A DNA stretch of 64,000 nucleotides. Source: Patescibacteria group bacterium (GTDB lineage: Bacteria; Patescibacteriota; Minisyncoccia; JAHIHE01; JAGLIN01). Positions 63,175-64,000 of the stretch are shown one piece after another. The DNA is taken from NCBI GenBank assembly GCA_019428855.1, contig JAHYJV010000001.1, forward strand, positions 14,885-78,884, read 5' to 3'. A program made the position numbers and the translations under genes. How positions within the stretch are numbered: position 1 is the stretch's first letter; every line of letters begins with the position of its first letter. The notes under the pieces were generated by a model. It saw only the letters and a program-made list of their open reading frames with translations. It made no database searches and was not told where the DNA came from.

Positions 63175-64000
63175 ATGGTTTATTGTCCACCAGAAAAGCA
63201 GTTTGATATTGAGAGAATTGTTAATCAAACGGAAACTGAAAATGAGAATAGTTTAAGGGATATTCAGAGAAAAAGAAAAAAAATATCACCCAAAAAAATA
63301 CTTATGTTTTTGGGAATTTTCATTTTGATTGTTTTAATTTCGGGAGGATATATGGTTTATAGAGCAAATTCAACTTTTGATAAAATTACAGGAAAAGAAA
63401 ATTCAGTTATAATGAGTTTTATAAAAATGCTTCCCATGGGTGATAATTTCTTTCAAGTATTTCCACAAGATGATGAAAAAAGTACGATAGAAAAGCTAAA
63501 AAACAATGAGCTTGATAGACTAAATATTTTATTACTTGGTATAAGAGGTGTTGGTGACCCAAATGGGGGGTTGTTAACAGACACTATGATAATTGTTAGT
63601 CTGAAGCCAAATACAGAGCAACTCGCTTTAATTTCAATCCCAAGGGATTTATATGTTGAAATTCCACATCGAGATGATAAGAATAAGATTAATGAAGTGT
63701 TTGTTAATGGAGTGCAAGACGGCGGTTGGGAAAAAGGTTTCGAATATAGTAAAAAAACAATTAAAAATGTTTCTAGTCTTGACATCCACTATGTTGTTAG
63801 TGTTGATTTCGACGCTTTTAAGGAAATTGTAGATACCCTAGGTGGTGTGAAAATTACACTGAATAGACCATTTTCAGAAACAAATCAATTTGAAGAGGGT
63901 ATCATCAAACTTCCAGCAGGGACGCAAATTATCGATGGCGATACAGCATTACTTTATGCACGAGCGAGATTTAGCTCTAGTGATTTTGATCGATCAAAAA
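63175..64000 (+). CDS. LCP (LytR-CpsA-Psr) family protein, runs off the window end
   Basis: TM then NILLLG, TDTMII, ISIPRDLYV, YARAR..SDFDRS; absent from the ORF track because it has no stop in the window. Confidence 0.92.
   Translation, partial: MVYCPPEKQFDIERIVNQTETENENSLRDIQRKRKKISPKKILMFLGIFILIVLISGGYMVYRANSTFDKITGKENSVIMSFIKMLPMGDNFFQVFPQDDEKSTIEKLKNNELDRLNILLLGIRGVGDPNGGLLTDTMIIVSLKPNTEQLALISIPRDLYVEIPHRDDKNKINEVFVNGVQDGGWEKGFEYSKKTIKNVSSLDIHYVVSVDFDAFKEIVDTLGGVKITLNRPFSETNQFEEGIIKLPAGTQIIDGDTALLYARARFSSSDFDRSK

Overview
AT-rich bacterial chromosomal window in genetic code 11. The gene set and style (short HrcA, CPR-type pilin, long-adaptor MacAB-like exporter, IleRS with an extra domain) suggest a Patescibacteria/CPR (Parcubacteria-like) genome; this is an inference. 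It is mostly housekeeping: gyrB, prfB (programmed +1 frameshift), ftsEX, scpAB, infC-rpmI-rplT, smpB-ssrA, ileS, recO, rplU, recR, dnaB, cysS, corA, hrcA-grpE-hsp20-dnaK with CIRCE, rny-ymdB-HU, cell-envelope glycosyltransferases and three tRNAs. There is one IS with terminal inverted repeats and a 5-bp target duplication. The intergenic space holds most of the unusual signal: (1) a ~240-nt rod-like RNA upstream of rny (6S candidate); (2) many antisense mini-genes, most followed by a terminator-like hairpin, wedged between co-oriented core genes; (3) a MITE family whose constant TIRs enclose different REP-like cores, with REP arms also translated in frame inside IleRS; (4) an exact 589-bp tandem duplication of a stand-alone NrdD glycyl-radical C-terminal module; (5) an unannotated Cys-rich desulforedoxin-like mini-protein inside the heat-shock operon; (6) a GC-rich sRNA candidate with its own promoter and terminator. 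No CRISPR array or prophage was seen. All protein calls come from motif recognition by eye, not database searches.
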